DNA of 62,719 nucleotides, filler included, from Scyliorhinus canicula (Eukaryota), in assembly GCF_902713615.1 (NCBI RefSeq). It is 6 parts of 6 records of this genome, joined end to end, with 100 filler letters (N's around TTAATTAATTAA, not from the genome) between each part and the next. Parts side by side here need not be neighbours in the genome. Positions count along the whole stretch, not along the records: positions 41,928 to 59,055 come from NW_024055676.1; positions 59,156 to 62,719 come from NC_052149.1; 4 more parts are not named here. One strand, 5' to 3'. A program made the translations under genes and the position numbers. Numbering within the stretch: the first letter of the stretch is position 1; each line of letters begins with the position of its first letter. The notes beneath the pieces are model-generated. The model was not told the DNA's origin. It saw only the letters and a program-made list of their open reading frames with translations, and made no database searches. Positions 48,523 through 60,830 of this stretch are shown in pieces.

Positions 48523-49076
48523 ATGTTGGCTGTTATCTTTTACACATTGCTCACAAGTGCAGCTCTCTTAACTGGTAAGTTTACAAGTTGCACAGTTTTC
48601 TCTTTGCTCGTAATACCGATATAGAAATCATCATTGAAATGTATCTCTCCTCCGTTTGCAATCTATGTCCTTAACTTGGAAACACCGTGATAATAAAAAA
48701 ATAAAGACCACTATTTCTAAATGTTTTCAGGGGTTAGAGGTGAAGACTGGGTCTCTCAAGAGCCGCTTGCAGTGACACAATTTGAAGAAGACTCAGTGAC
48801 CATTATTTACAGCTATTCGACCAGAGCGGATTCATATTATTTACAGCTGTACCGTCAGGACAGGAACAAAGCCCCCACATTATTGATCTACATCTATAAC
48901 TACGGAGATGTTTCCAGAGCAGAGGGTGTGGGGAGTCGATTTTCTGCATCTCTGGATACTTCAAAAGGAGAGGGGAATTTCACCATCCAGGAGTTGCGGC
49001 TGTCTGACAGCGCGGTGTATTACTGCGGACTGAGAGACACAGTGACGGCAACCAGAGGGAGCCTCGTACAAAACAC
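48523..49076 (+). CDS. V6 (copy in E) with 23-RSS
   Basis: Leader 48523-48574, V exon 48731-49037, RSS 49038-49076; CRE at 48183-48190. Confidence 0.85.
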
Positions 49077-50155
49077 TGGCACAGTGTGACAAAGAGAATA
49101 GGGAGCAGAGGGGGGAAAGCTGGGCTTTATGAACCTATCAGCTGATATTTCTGATTGAAATATACCCAAATTATGCACAAGCCGAGAGCAGCAGATGCTG
49201 CGCTGGGGATGGGTTTCTCGGCTTATTTTACATCCAAAAAATTACAGTATTTATTTCGGGTTCCAACTTGAATTGACAATTGACATTGTGAACCAGTCTT
49301 TCAAACACCAGGTAAATGCAGCAGTAGGTATATAACACTGAGGTGTGCTCAGGTCAAATGTACAAATAGTTTGTGCAGAAAGCCTTACCCGATGTGTTCA
49401 GATTTCCCAGAGCGATTCTGGTGCTTATGGAAAACTTCGTGCTGTTCATTTCCATTTGATTGTTGTAGTCAATTGTTTTTGTTACCGTTAATCCAGGTGC
49501 TTAAATCTGCCCTTATGGATAATTTACTTATGAATCATTGTTCATCAGCTCCTAATCATGCCCGGAAAATAACCTCTGTACTTTTTCTACATTAAGGATT
49601 GATTGTTCGGTAGCACAGACCTGAGCATTGCTAAAAATAATTGTCGAAGTTTTTGGCCTTGTACTCATCAGGACAATGGTAAGAACAGCAATGTCAGGGG
49701 AAACAACAACATGGACTTTTTCAGCGATGTTAAAGATTCTGAGTTTTAATATGTGTCAGTGACATTAACATTGAGAGATGTTCAATCGGGTTATTATGAT
49801 TATTAAGATTATCCTCACCCAGTGGGCATTGGTTTGCACTATAGACTGATATTTCAAACCAAAAATGACTTGTCGCTCAGAGATTTCCTGAACAGCGGTC
49901 AGGGATATAAATAGTTCCCGGCCACCTGCACAGTTTACTTTCTCAGTGGTTGTGGCGAGTTCTCAGATATCCCCGTACCAGCATCAACTAATTCTGCTCT
50001 CAGTAAATGCAATAATCGGACTGAATGATTTTAGATGGTGATAAGGGGATTGTACTCGGGGTCTGTGCTCACAAGAAACATTCACGTTTCAGTGTCTGAG
50101 TCGCTGTTATAAACAGCTCCCAACATACAGCAGCTGTGACCCAGAAACCTGCGGC

Positions 50156-51235
50156 AGTTTTTATTCGAGACTTTCCCTCGTTCCCATCAGGGAGACTCTG
50201 CACAGTAATAGACCGCGGTGTCAGACAGCCGCAGCTCCGAGATGGCCAATCAGTACAACTTGTCCGACTGCTGGACTGTATCAGAAACCGGCCCTGTGCG
50301 AAATCCGCCTTCAATTCATCACCGCCACCCGTGTGCCTCCGGACCTAAAACTCGGGCTGTCTGTCTGGGTATTGATGCTACCAGAATAAATAATAAGCAT
50401 CATCGATATATGTGCAGGTTAGCGTGACATCTTCCCCCTCTGTCTGTGTGAGTGAGGATTCCCGCGGAGTCATATAATCTCCATCGCTCAGACCTGCAAC
50501 ACACGGTTATAGAATGTGGAAATAAGTGATTGAATTTCAATTTAACTGAACTGAGGGTGAAAATTCCATCAGTGTAACATAAAAAAATAGAATTTAGAGC
50601 ACAAGAAAGCTCGTTCGGCCCAATTGTTTCATGTCAGTGTTTACAATCCCCAGGAGAATCCTCCATCTCGCCTCATCTCATTGTATCAGCAAATCCCTCC
50701 ACCCCTATCTCTCTCATATGTTTATCTAGTTTCCCTTGAAATGTATCAGTGCTCCGCTCCTCAGCTCTTCCTTGTGTTAATTTGAGCCACATTCTTCCTC
50801 TCTTTCTAAAGTGATTTTTCCTTATTTCCCAGTTAGAAAATTTGGGGGTGCTTCGATTCCTGGCACCGAGATTTGGAACCTGTGGAATTATCCTCTCCAC
50901 ACGCCCAACAGATCATAGTAAAGACATCAAGGTTGACTTCCTGTTAGTACAGAAAAGAACCAGAACATTTACATTGCTTTCTGATAGATATCATCATCCA
51001 ATTCGGTATCGTCACTCTAAATCACGTATGCTTTGTGTTTTGCCAATATAAACTCCTATAAAGAAGAGGCTAGTAGGGCATAGACGCGTGTTTTCCCAGG
51101 CAGGTTGGGTACTTGATTACCACAAGGGTACTGCTTTCCAAATTTATTCCTCTAGAAATGAACTTTTAAAAAAGTTTTAAACGTCTTACCAGCAATGAAT
51201 GTTATCCAGATCACAGCGAGAACGGGGATCCGCAT
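50156..51235 (-). pseudogene. TCR alpha/delta V pseudogene V-psi
   Basis: Leader 51190-51235 MRIPVLAVIWITFIA|gtaag. V exon 50195-50493 ..EGEDVTLTCTY..YLFW*HQYPDRQPEF*VRR..KADFAQGRF..(frameshift)..ISELRLSDTAVYYCAES, with TAG stops at 50378-50380 and 50345-50347. RSS ctccctg + 23 nt + ATAAAAACT. Confidence 0.9.
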
Positions 51236-53512
51236 TGCTGCTGGTCCTGGATTGCGCGGACTAATTATGTCTCAGAAACCTGCAGAAACCCAACAAGATA
51301 AAGCTGAGAGCATTGGCTGAGGCTGCTCTGACGTCACTGCCTATGGAACGAATGATAGGAAGAGCTAGGATAGCTGGATCTGATTGGTCTGTTGTCACCT
51401 TTTTAACAATACATGTTTATTCCAGGGAATTAAGGCAGTTGCCGTGCATTTTGATCATCAGCGCGAGACCGGAAAACACAGAAAACTTGATCCCGAATTG
51501 ATCTGAGAGACATTTGTATCTTCGGCTCACCTGAAAGAAACAGCCTTGAAGAAAGAAAATACAAGTGCTGAATGTGGATGAAGGTGTTCCGAGCATTTTA
51601 TTCACTAAAAATACTTAATTTGTGGAGGGGATGAAAGGAAATATGTTCTCAGACTTGTTTTGGCTTCGTGTCGTATCAAACAGAGCGGGAAAATACAATG
51701 ACAATTAGCTGGAGAAAGTTTCAATTTAACCTATGTTAAAATGTCAGTTTGTCAAATAAACCTTAAATGTTTCCACTCAATTGCTCATTATTGAGTGAAT
51801 CAAATCTGACATCTAACACCTCTGTTCAGCGCTTCTGGGATCTGTCTTGTGGCTCCATTTTCAAGTCCATCTGCTCATTGCTAGCAGTAGCGATACATCC
51901 CTCCACGGTCCACTATTCCGTCCACTCTGTCACAATGCTGCAGTGTTTTTGTCCGAGGCTCCCTCTGGTCGCTGTCACTGTGTCTCCCAGTCCGCAGTAA
52001 TACACCGCGCTGTCAGACAGCCGCAGCTCCCGGATGATGAAATTCCCCTCACTTTTCGAAGTGTCGAGAGATGCTGAAAATCGAGTCCCCACGCCCTCTG
52101 CATGAAAACATCTTCGTATTTCGGGATGTCGCCCATAAATGTGGGGGCTATATCCGGGCCCTGGCAGTACAGCTGTAAATCATGCTAATCAGCAGTGGTC
52201 GAATTGCTGCAATTAATTATCACGGTGTCTCCTTCAAAATGTGTTGCGGAAACCGGTTCGTGTGAGGCTGAGTCTAAACCACTAACGGCTGGTAGAAATA
52301 AAGAGAAAACACAGAACACATTGCCTGCACGATGGAGATTTTGTATTCTGTAAACTTCTCAGTTAAGAGAGCTGCAGTTGTGAGGAATGAATATAAAGCA
52401 ACGACCAACATGTTTGCAGAGAGCTGACAGCGGATTTGAACCTGAAATTATATTTGTGATGAGTTGGGTTCGGGATGAGTAACACCTGGTATCTTTGCCG
52501 ATTGGTTCTTTCCTGACAGATCATCACCTTTTACCCAATTAGTTCATGGGGTCTTTGTTCCAGTCTTGATCCAATCAGCTGAGAGCTCCTTCATGCTCCA
52601 ATTCATGACATAAGGGCGGGAAGCATTGAATCGAACAGGGAACAGGAATTAAACACAATGTTGTCCCTTCAACAGTTTCACTTTGCGAGATGGGTAAAGT
52701 GAAGGGAAATAGCTCTTAATGTGTTACTAACAATGCCGATAGCTCCCATTCACAGAACTTCTCACTGGTTATTGCAGCTACTACGGCTAGTAAAGGCCCA
52801 TCGAGAGGACAAGTGAGCAGTGAAAGCTTTCAGTTCCGCCAATTCCAGCTAACGGCTGGTATATGGAATAAATGGCGTCGGTTTGGCAGGTTTGAACAGA
52901 ATATTAAACATTAAGGATCAAGCTGTCTGTGTTCTCGTGCCGCTCTGATCAGCAGAATCCACGGCAACTGCCTCAGTTCTCTGGAATAAACGTGTGGTTA
53001 AATAGGTGACATCAGACTAATCAGATCAGCGAATCCTGCTCTTCCGATCATTCGTTCGATAGGTAGTGACGTCAGAGCCGCCTCACCCAATGCTCTCAGC
53101 TTGATCTTGTTGGATGTTCTGCTGGTTTCTGAGCATCAAGAACCAGCAGCAATGCAGATCCGCTGATGTTGCTGAAATGCGGGTAACATTCATTGTTGGA
53201 AAGGCGCTTAAAACTTTTGTTAAAAGTTAAATTGTGGCAGGAATAAATTTGGAAAGCAGGACAAGCACGTCAAACAAGCATCAGACCAGCCTTAGTGTAC
53301 ACATTAATCTTTGTCCTGGTCTCCTCCTTACAGGGGTATATATTCGCGAAACACAATGCAAACGCTAGTTACAGTGACGTTACCGGAATTAGAAGATGAT
53401 ATCTAGCAGAAAGCAGTGTAAATGCTGTGGTTCTTTTCTGTACTGACGGGAAGTCAACTTTGATGTCTTTACATTGATGTGATGGACGTGTGGAGAGACT
53501 AATTCCACATGT
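50880..53512. repeat. ~600-bp inverted repeat pair (50880-51495 / 52910-53512) carrying V promoter + leader
   Basis: Both arms contain AGTGACGTCA (51329-51338 reverse; 53065-53074), CCAAT and leader sequence. The right-arm leader (53152-53198, +) has a stop/indel and a GT-to-GA donor. Confidence 0.85.
51944..52411 (-). pseudogene. V7 pseudogene, inverted paralog of V6
   Basis: Leader 52360-52411 MLVVALYSFLTTAALLT with donor GT changed to AG. V exon 51983-52288 ..VIINCSNSTTAD*HDLQLYCQ.. with TAG 52185-52187 and a 1-nt deletion. RSS CACAGTG + 23 nt + ACAAAAACA (51944-51982). Confidence 0.92.
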
Positions 53513-55086
53513 GGAATGTTCCAACTCGCCGTGTCAGAAATCTGCAGAACATGCACATTTTTGGACACAAGTAGAAATACAAAATCCAGTCGAACTGAAC
53601 TGCTGACCTAACCAACGACAGAAATGGGCCCTGGGATGCAATGTCTGCAGTAGCACATCGGGTTAAACCGAGAGATGTAAACGCAATAACGCAATGTCCA
53701 GCAATATCACAGATTCAAACTGATCAAACTATCAGCTGCCATCGCAATTGATGGAGTGGAAATATCAGCGATTGAGTCTTCAGAAGTTTTTGCCCATTCT
53801 GCACATTTTCATTGCGCCAGTGACTGAGGAAACAGAAAAACATTATGTGGGCAGGAAGGACCCAGATTCACAAACATTTAGGGAACGGAATGAGGCTTAT
53901 TTTAAAGTGCGACCCCTAGCGGCTTTCACACCCGTATTTTCACACGTTGCCATCCGTTTTCAATTTATGGCAATATCCATTTGACAAGTTCCTGTGTATC
54001 TTCGCTCTTTATCATTTTGACGCGGTATTCCCGATAATAAGAAATCACAATGGAAAAAATAAAGTTCGTCCTTCACTATCCATTTTTCCATGAAAATAAT
54101 GTGGTTTTGTCATTGAATCTTCTTCCAATGGAAATAATTACATGCGATCCCCTCCAGGACAAGGGCAAACATCTGAGGAGGTAAATTGATTCTCTTTTCT
54201 ATCTTTTTTTGTGACAAGCAAAAGAATCCAAGATTCCCTTGTCTGTTTTCATTCCTGGTACTCTTCTGCTATATAATGTGGTCACTCTCTCCAACATTGT
54301 CAGCGTCCAGATGTTCCACTGGGCCTTGGTGGCTCCAGTTTGATAGAAACGAAGAGAAAACAACAACAATTTCAAAATTCAGAATCAGCCTCATATCGAA
54401 CAACATAACGGTCATCCATAGCATCTTCGTTATTATGTAATGGACAATAATTACACAGTGAGGGGAGAATGGGGGTTTTGCAGTGAAGGAAATACTGAAT
54501 AGCGAGATCATAACGAAGAGAGCGAGAGGCGGTTCCCCGCGATAGTTCCTGAATCAATCGCTCTTCAGGGCAGGCAATTATCTATCGGAGGAGCAATCTA
54601 GATTCAGGTCCCACTGCATTGCTGATCCAACCAAAGACGAGAATCAACCAGCGGCTGCAATGTCTAGAATAACACAATGGTGTTAGAGCGAGAACAACAA
54701 ACGGAAAACTGTGACCGGGACGGGGCAGACTCAAAGCTGAAAAAAGTGTGCGCCGGTTATTATCAGCTGCATTCGCAAGTGAGGGAGCGGAAATAGTAAC
54801 ATGCAGCAGCCTGTGATCACCCTGCAGCCGCTCACTGCTCAACTCACTGAGAACAATATAGCGTCAGGTGGAGGGGGTGATTCAACTGACGCTACCTGCA
54901 CCTATTTGTAAGAGGTATTTCTATTGCCCTTTTCACCCTACATTTAAATCCCGCGCTTGTTTCTGCTCCCACGTTCTGACAAAACCTTTTCAAATGTTCC
55001 ACTGATTATTCTTCTCCCATCAATTTTGACGCCAGACTCCAAATGGTAACAACTCACAGTGCAATTAATGCAGCTTGCTTGCACAC

Positions 55087-55158
55087 AATGCGGTGGCCAA
55101 GCGGAAAGGCGTTGGTTTCGTAAACCAAAAATCGTGTGTTCAAATCCCGTCCGTACCT
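55087..55158 (+). pseudogene. tRNA-Thr(CGT) pseudogene
   Basis: 72 nt collinear with vertebrate tRNA-Thr-CGT. Anticodon stem ttggt/accaa with CGT at 55119-55121. Two acceptor-stem mismatches and one T-stem mismatch. Confidence 0.8.
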
Positions 55159-56059
55159 CCGTGTCGCTGCTCGGCTTACCCATCCTTACCCGCAGCAGGC
55201 AATATCATCCACCTGCCCCTGTCTTCTTTTTAAAACATTGAACCTTCAGCTGATGAAAATAATTCCGGACAATCTGAATAAAACAAAATCTGAGAGCGCA
55301 TCAGTTTTTGTACTCTTTTGTACCTTCTTCGTTATAATCAAATAAACAAAACTAGTCTGTTCAGCCCTGCTGTTATTCTGATTATAACCTCCGCAAGTCT
55401 TGGAAATCTTTCGACTTCGTCATCCCAGGGCTTAAACAGAGAAATGCAGCGATGATTTGCACAGACTAAGCATCCCTTTCTGATTACAAACACCATTAGT
55501 AACAAAGACAGTGTCTAAACAGCTGCAATTTCGATTTCTAAATAGCTTTCGGGTCCTGGTATTTTTTGCAGTAAAATCTGAATCCACGCAACAGCTGAAT
55601 ACAATGTACGCTTATTGTACAATAACCGCAACATGAGAAGTACTATCAGCCTGGAACATGGGAAGCACAGGTGCCGGGTTTAGTCTTTAGTAGAACATAA
55701 TTTGTCGATCGGAAATCCTTGAAGTTTCTATTTACATGACATGTCTTAAGTTGGATTCCCACACAGATCAGGGACTGACTTCGCCCAGTTGAGACGAAGG
55801 GGCGCAAAGGGGCAACTTAACATGGCTAATCCAGATTTCTTACACATCTTTGAACTGTGGGAGGAAATTGCTTTTCGGCCTTTTGGCGAAGATGAGCGTG
55901 AGGTTAGGTGTAATGCCTGGATCTGGTATGTCTCTCAGATGGGGTCCGTGAATTGGATTCAATTTGAATTGTTTTTTGGAGCAGGCAAGGAGCTGCATTA
56001 GGGGTTCTCCCCGGTCCGCACTCTGAGCTCCGGCTTTGTAACTTTGATAACGTAATAAT

Positions 56060-57920
56060 AATAAAAAGAAACTTAAGCAGTCAGAGGAAATCCTCGTAGA
56101 CACGGGGAGAGAAAGTGCAATCTGTACACAGATAGTCAGTCACGGCCGGAAGTGAACCGGGGGTCCCTGGCGCTATGAGGCAGCAGTGCTAACCACTGTG
56201 CCGTTCCTGTGCCACCACACCGCCCCTGTTTGCAGGGACAACAGAGGCATGAATTATAAAAGCAAGGAGATCATGTTGGACTTGTACAGAACTGTTGTGA
56301 GACCATAGCTGGAGAACTGTGTGCAGTTCTGGTCGCCACATTATAGGAAGGATGTGATTGCACTGGAGGGGTAGCAGAGGAGATTCACCAGGATGTTGCC
56401 TGGGATGGAACATTTATGTTCTGAAGAGAGGTTGATAGGCTTGGGTTGTTTTCGCTGGAGCAGAGAAGGCTGAGGGGCGACCTGATGGAGGTTTACAAGA
56501 TTATGAGGGGCATGGACAGGATGGATAGGGAGCAGCTGCTCTCCTTAATTGAAGGGCCAGTTACGAGGGGACACACGTTCAAGGTGAGGAGCAGGACGTT
56601 ATGGGGGATTTGAGGAAAAACTTACCTAGAGGGTGGTGACGATCTGGAATAAACTACCTGGAAGGGTGGTAGAGGCAGTCTGCTTCACATCCTTTAAATA
56701 GTGCCAGGATGAGCACATGGCACGTAATAACATTCAAGTGCTGGAAAATAGGGTTCGGTAGTTCGGTTCGGTGTTTTTCGCGTGTTGGTGCAGACACGAT
56801 GGCTGAAGGGCCTCGTCTGAACTGTGTGGTTCTGTGTATCTGCGATTCTGAGGGCTATAACATTCCTGGCATTATGTTAATTCCACGAGTTACAATCCCT
56901 AGGTTTGCCACGTATACATTTATATCCAGATATTGGCTGCCCAATACTACTGGTCTTGCCTTCACTGGAGTGTCGCTGGCATGGAGGAATGCATTCTCTG
57001 CTGCAATAAAGCAAGATATGATAATTTTCTGATAACAAGAACCGCGAACCGGCTGCGGCATAGAGCTCACCACACCATTGAAGGATAACAAACACTGACT
57101 CGGGAAAATGCAGGGATTTTTCATTGCCATATGAGCATCCGACTTGGGAGCAGGGAGTCGGTCAATCGGCCACTCGAGTCTACTCCACAATTCAATGAGA
57201 TCATGGCTAAGGTGACCATGGCCTCAGCTCCACATTCCGTGTCACCCAAGGACGCTGGAAAGACGTACAATCAGTAAGTTCGAAGATTCCGACAAAATTG
57301 TTGCTGTGGTTAATAGTGAGGAGGAAACCCTTAGAATAGTGGCAAATGGCCTCTGAAAAGTGCGAGGTGATGCATTTTGGCAGGACTAAAAAGGCATAAG
57401 GAATATACAATGAAGGGTAGGACTCTGGGAGTACAGTAACCAGAGGGACCCCGGCTGCGGATCCAAAGACCCCTGAAGGTTGAGGGCAAGTTGTTAAGAA
57501 GGCTTATGAAATATTTGAGTTTATTTTCCGTTGAATATAAGATCAGGAGGCTATGATGGAGCTGTAGGAATGCTTGTGGGCCACAGTGGTGCAGTATCTG
57601 GTCACGACACTGTAGCAAGGATTTTACTGCAGTGGAGAGGGTGCAGTGGAGAGTCCACCAGCATGGTGCCGGGGCTGGAGTGTTTCAGCTATGAAGAGAG
57701 GCTGGTCAGGTTGGGGTTGTTGTCCTTGGAGCAGAGAAGCTGAAGGGGGACTTGATTGAGGTATATAAATCCACCTAATCCACCTATTCTGCATATTGTT
57801 AGCCACAGCATATTTTTGGATTGAGGGAGAAAACCAAATCAGACAGGGGGAGATGCACAAACTCGTCCAAGGCCCTGATTGAATCTGGGTCCCTGGCTCT
57901 GTGAAGTAGCAGTGCTAGCC
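56060..57920. mobile_element. CR1 3' fragments (+; ~56230-56850, ~57130-57760) with SINE pieces (-)
   Basis: LENCVQFWSPHYRKDV..QRRFTRMLPG, RRLRGDL and FSYEERLVRLGLLSLEQR motifs. Confidence 0.8.
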
Positions 57921-58327
57921 ACTATGTCACCCAAATAACCAACTCTTTAACCACGTTTTTGACCATACGACCTAAATGTTCCTCACAATCCCCTCGGGAC
58001 ATGTAATGATGGGAAAAGCTCGATTTGTACATAAATTGCTGCATTTGTTGTAGTTCAGTGAGAACTGATAGTTTACTGAGTGAGTGAGTCTGTGCACAGG
58101 ATATGAACAAGAAGCAGGATTTAAGGAATCACAGATCGATTCGTCAATCTTATATCTGTTATGAATGTAAGTTGGAATCGTCAACTGGTATAACTGTGCA
58201 AGTGGACCTCACCTCTTGCTGTTTTTGAGTGTTGTTTTCTTACAAATTATGTCACTCTGAGTATGGAAACTGAAGTGCCCATGAGGACGCGCCCCAAGCT
58301 GAGCAGCAGCTGGAACTGCCAGTGTGG

Positions 58328-58872
58328 AGTTTTTGTACGGGATCCCCCATATCTCTGTAGCAGTGTGGGCGCCATGGCACAGAAATACACGGCGCTGTCG
58401 GAGACCATTGTGTTACTGATTTTTAGCTCGGTAGTCTTGTTCCTTTTATCAAACGTAGAAGAAAACCGATCATTCAGGTCGCTGTTCATTTGCACATTTT
58501 GTCCAATAAAACGAAACATGTACATTGGAGCTTTCCCGGGCTGCTGACTGTACCAGTACACATAAAGGTTAGCAGCACTTGATTTCAAGATGCAGGTTAA
58601 TGTAACTTCACTTTTCTCTTTAACGGTTATTTCAGGTTCCTTTTGTTCCACGGTGCCCTGCTGGCTCCATTCTGACAGAAATAACAGCGATAATGACAAT
58701 CAGAGTCAGCCTCATGTTAAGCAATAAAATAATCTGCAAAATATCATTGTAATTTTACCAATAATAACATCTGGGTTACAGCAGTCAGGAAGACAATGGG
58801 GTGTTGCTGGGAAGGAAATACTTACTGAGAAGTGAGATATAACGATGATGAGCGAAGCGAGATATTCCTCAT
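58328..58872 (-). other. TCR alpha/delta V segment V8 (intact V exon; leader out of frame as sequenced)
   Basis: V exon 58368-58671 EWSQQGTVEQ..VTLTCIL..VYWYSQQPGKAP..DRFSSTFD..DSAVYFCAMAP. Leader 58826-58872 is 47 nt (phase 2). RSS CACACTG + 24 nt + ACAAAAACT (58328-58367). Confidence 0.85.
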
Positions 58873-59055
58873 AATCCTTCTTGAGTTTGTAATTCTGCAA
58901 TGAGATAAATCCTCTGTCAGACAGAAATACAGATCCCCGTTACACCGCACTGCTGACCCGACCATGAGAGGAATGACCAGCAGCAGCAATCTCTCCACAA
59001 TTAGTCAGAGTGAGAGCAGCAACCGGAAGCTGTGGGCGGGTACCGCAGTCTGAAA

Positions 59056-59155
59056 NNNNNNNNNNNNNNNNNNNNNNNNNNNNNNNNNNNNNNNNNNNNT
59101 TAATTAATTAANNNNNNNNNNNNNNNNNNNNNNNNNNNNNNNNNNNNNNNNNNNN
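59056..59155. other. Artificial contig linker
   Basis: N44-TTAATTAATTAA-N44, followed by a plain N gap at 59179-59518. Confidence 0.95.
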
Positions 59156-59899
59156 AGAGTGACAGACACAGAGAGTGANNNNNNNNNNNNNNNNNNNNNN
59201 NNNNNNNNNNNNNNNNNNNNNNNNNNNNNNNNNNNNNNNNNNNNNNNNNNNNNNNNNNNNNNNNNNNNNNNNNNNNNNNNNNNNNNNNNNNNNNNNNNNN
59301 NNNNNNNNNNNNNNNNNNNNNNNNNNNNNNNNNNNNNNNNNNNNNNNNNNNNNNNNNNNNNNNNNNNNNNNNNNNNNNNNNNNNNNNNNNNNNNNNNNNN
59401 NNNNNNNNNNNNNNNNNNNNNNNNNNNNNNNNNNNNNNNNNNNNNNNNNNNNNNNNNNNNNNNNNNNNNNNNNNNNNNNNNNNNNNNNNNNNNNNNNNNN
59501 NNNNNNNNNNNNNNNNNNTCAGGGGAAAACAAGGTGGAAATTGGAATGAAAAAGGGGATGGTGTTAATGTTTTAGTTGCCTGTTGAGTTGCCTTTGACCC
59601 ATGTTGTTTTTGTTTGTCACATTAAAGAGCTTGTCCTTTAGCTCTTGCCGGCTTCTGGAAATTAATCTATTTCTAAGTTACTGATCTCCATGAGGATTGT
59701 AACAACACTCACTAGCCTAGCCTGCAAATCAAGCAGTCCCTTTTTAATGCCTGTACTACATTTTGCTGGGCTCATTTATTACATATCAACATATCTCCAG
59801 CAGTTCCATGCACTTGAAACACTCAGTCAAACTCAGAGCGACACGGTAGCACAGTGGTTAGCACTGTTGCTTCATAACGCCAGGGTCTCAGGTTCGATT

Positions 59900-60410
59900 C
59901 CCGGCATTTCAATTGGATTCCCTCTTCTAAATTCCAGTGAATACAAACCCAGTCGTCCCAATCTCGCGACAATCCTGCCATCGTCTGGTGCACTCAAGCA
60001 AGTATATCCTTTCTTAGGTAAGGAGACCAAACGGCACACAACACTTCAGATGTGATCTCACCAAGGCTCTGCTTAAGTCATTTTACAATGAAGGCCAACA
60101 TACCATTTGCCTTCCTAACCTCTTGCTGTACCTGCATGCTTGTTTCCAGTATCTGGTGTACCAGGACACCTAGGTCCCTTTGTACGTCAACATTTCCCAA
60201 TTATTCACCATTTAAATAATACTCGGCCGTTCTGTTTCTCCATCCAAAGTGGATAACTTCACATTTATCCATGTTATACTGCATCTGCCAAGTATTTGCT
60301 CACTTACTCAACTTGTCTAAATCGCCTTGGAGCCTCTTAACATCTTTCTCACCACTCACCTTCCCAGCAAGTTTCATGTCATCAACAAACTTGGAAATAT
60401 TACTTTTTCC
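59900..60410 (-). mobile_element. CR1 RT fragment
   Basis: catttatccatgttatactgcatctgcc..catttgctcac..aagtttcatgtcatcaacaaac, the reverse of FADDTKL..CQMQYNVDKC-type sequence. Confidence 0.7.
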
Positions 60411-60479
60411 AAATGTCTCATTTCTATGACTGTGTTTCAATAGCCACTTGCACTAATGCATACCACATTCTCAAAGTCA

Positions 60480-60830
60480 GCAGCAAAGAATTCCCATCAA
60501 ACTCCCCGTGTTAGATTTAGTTTTAGCCGTCTTGCCTCAGAACGTCGTAGGTTCAAGTCACACTGCAGAAATTCGAGCACAGGATCCAGGCTGAGGTGGG
60601 TGCTGCAACGACGGAAGTGTTGTCTTCCGGACGGGATATTAAACTGAGCCCCCATCTGCCCTCTTGGGTAAAGGTTTCAATGGGAACTGCACAAACTGTC
60701 AGTTCTCTGGATGTCTGAGTCAATATCCCCTCCTTAACAGAACCAGAAAGAGATATAAACTGGTCATTTAACTCATTGCTACTGATGGGATCTTGCTGTA
60801 TGCAAACTGCAAGGTGCCAGCCACTGATTG
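60480..60830 (+). mobile_element. Old DeuSINE-like (SacSINE1-like) element
   Basis: ggttcaagtcacactgcaga..tgtcttccggacgggatattaaactgag..ctggtcatt..ttgct..tgggatcttgctgt core resembles the Deu domain. A smaller fragment lies near 19900-20030. Confidence 0.6.

Noticed and set aside
53748-53984. Candidate V exon downstream of the orphan leader at 53152
   Set aside because: The translation shows no Ig-fold motifs.
54186-54480. Possible degenerate V exon ending at cacagtg (~54454)
   Set aside because: No recognisable Cys/Trp framework and no nonamer at 12 or 23 nt; the ggttttg nearby is in the wrong orientation.
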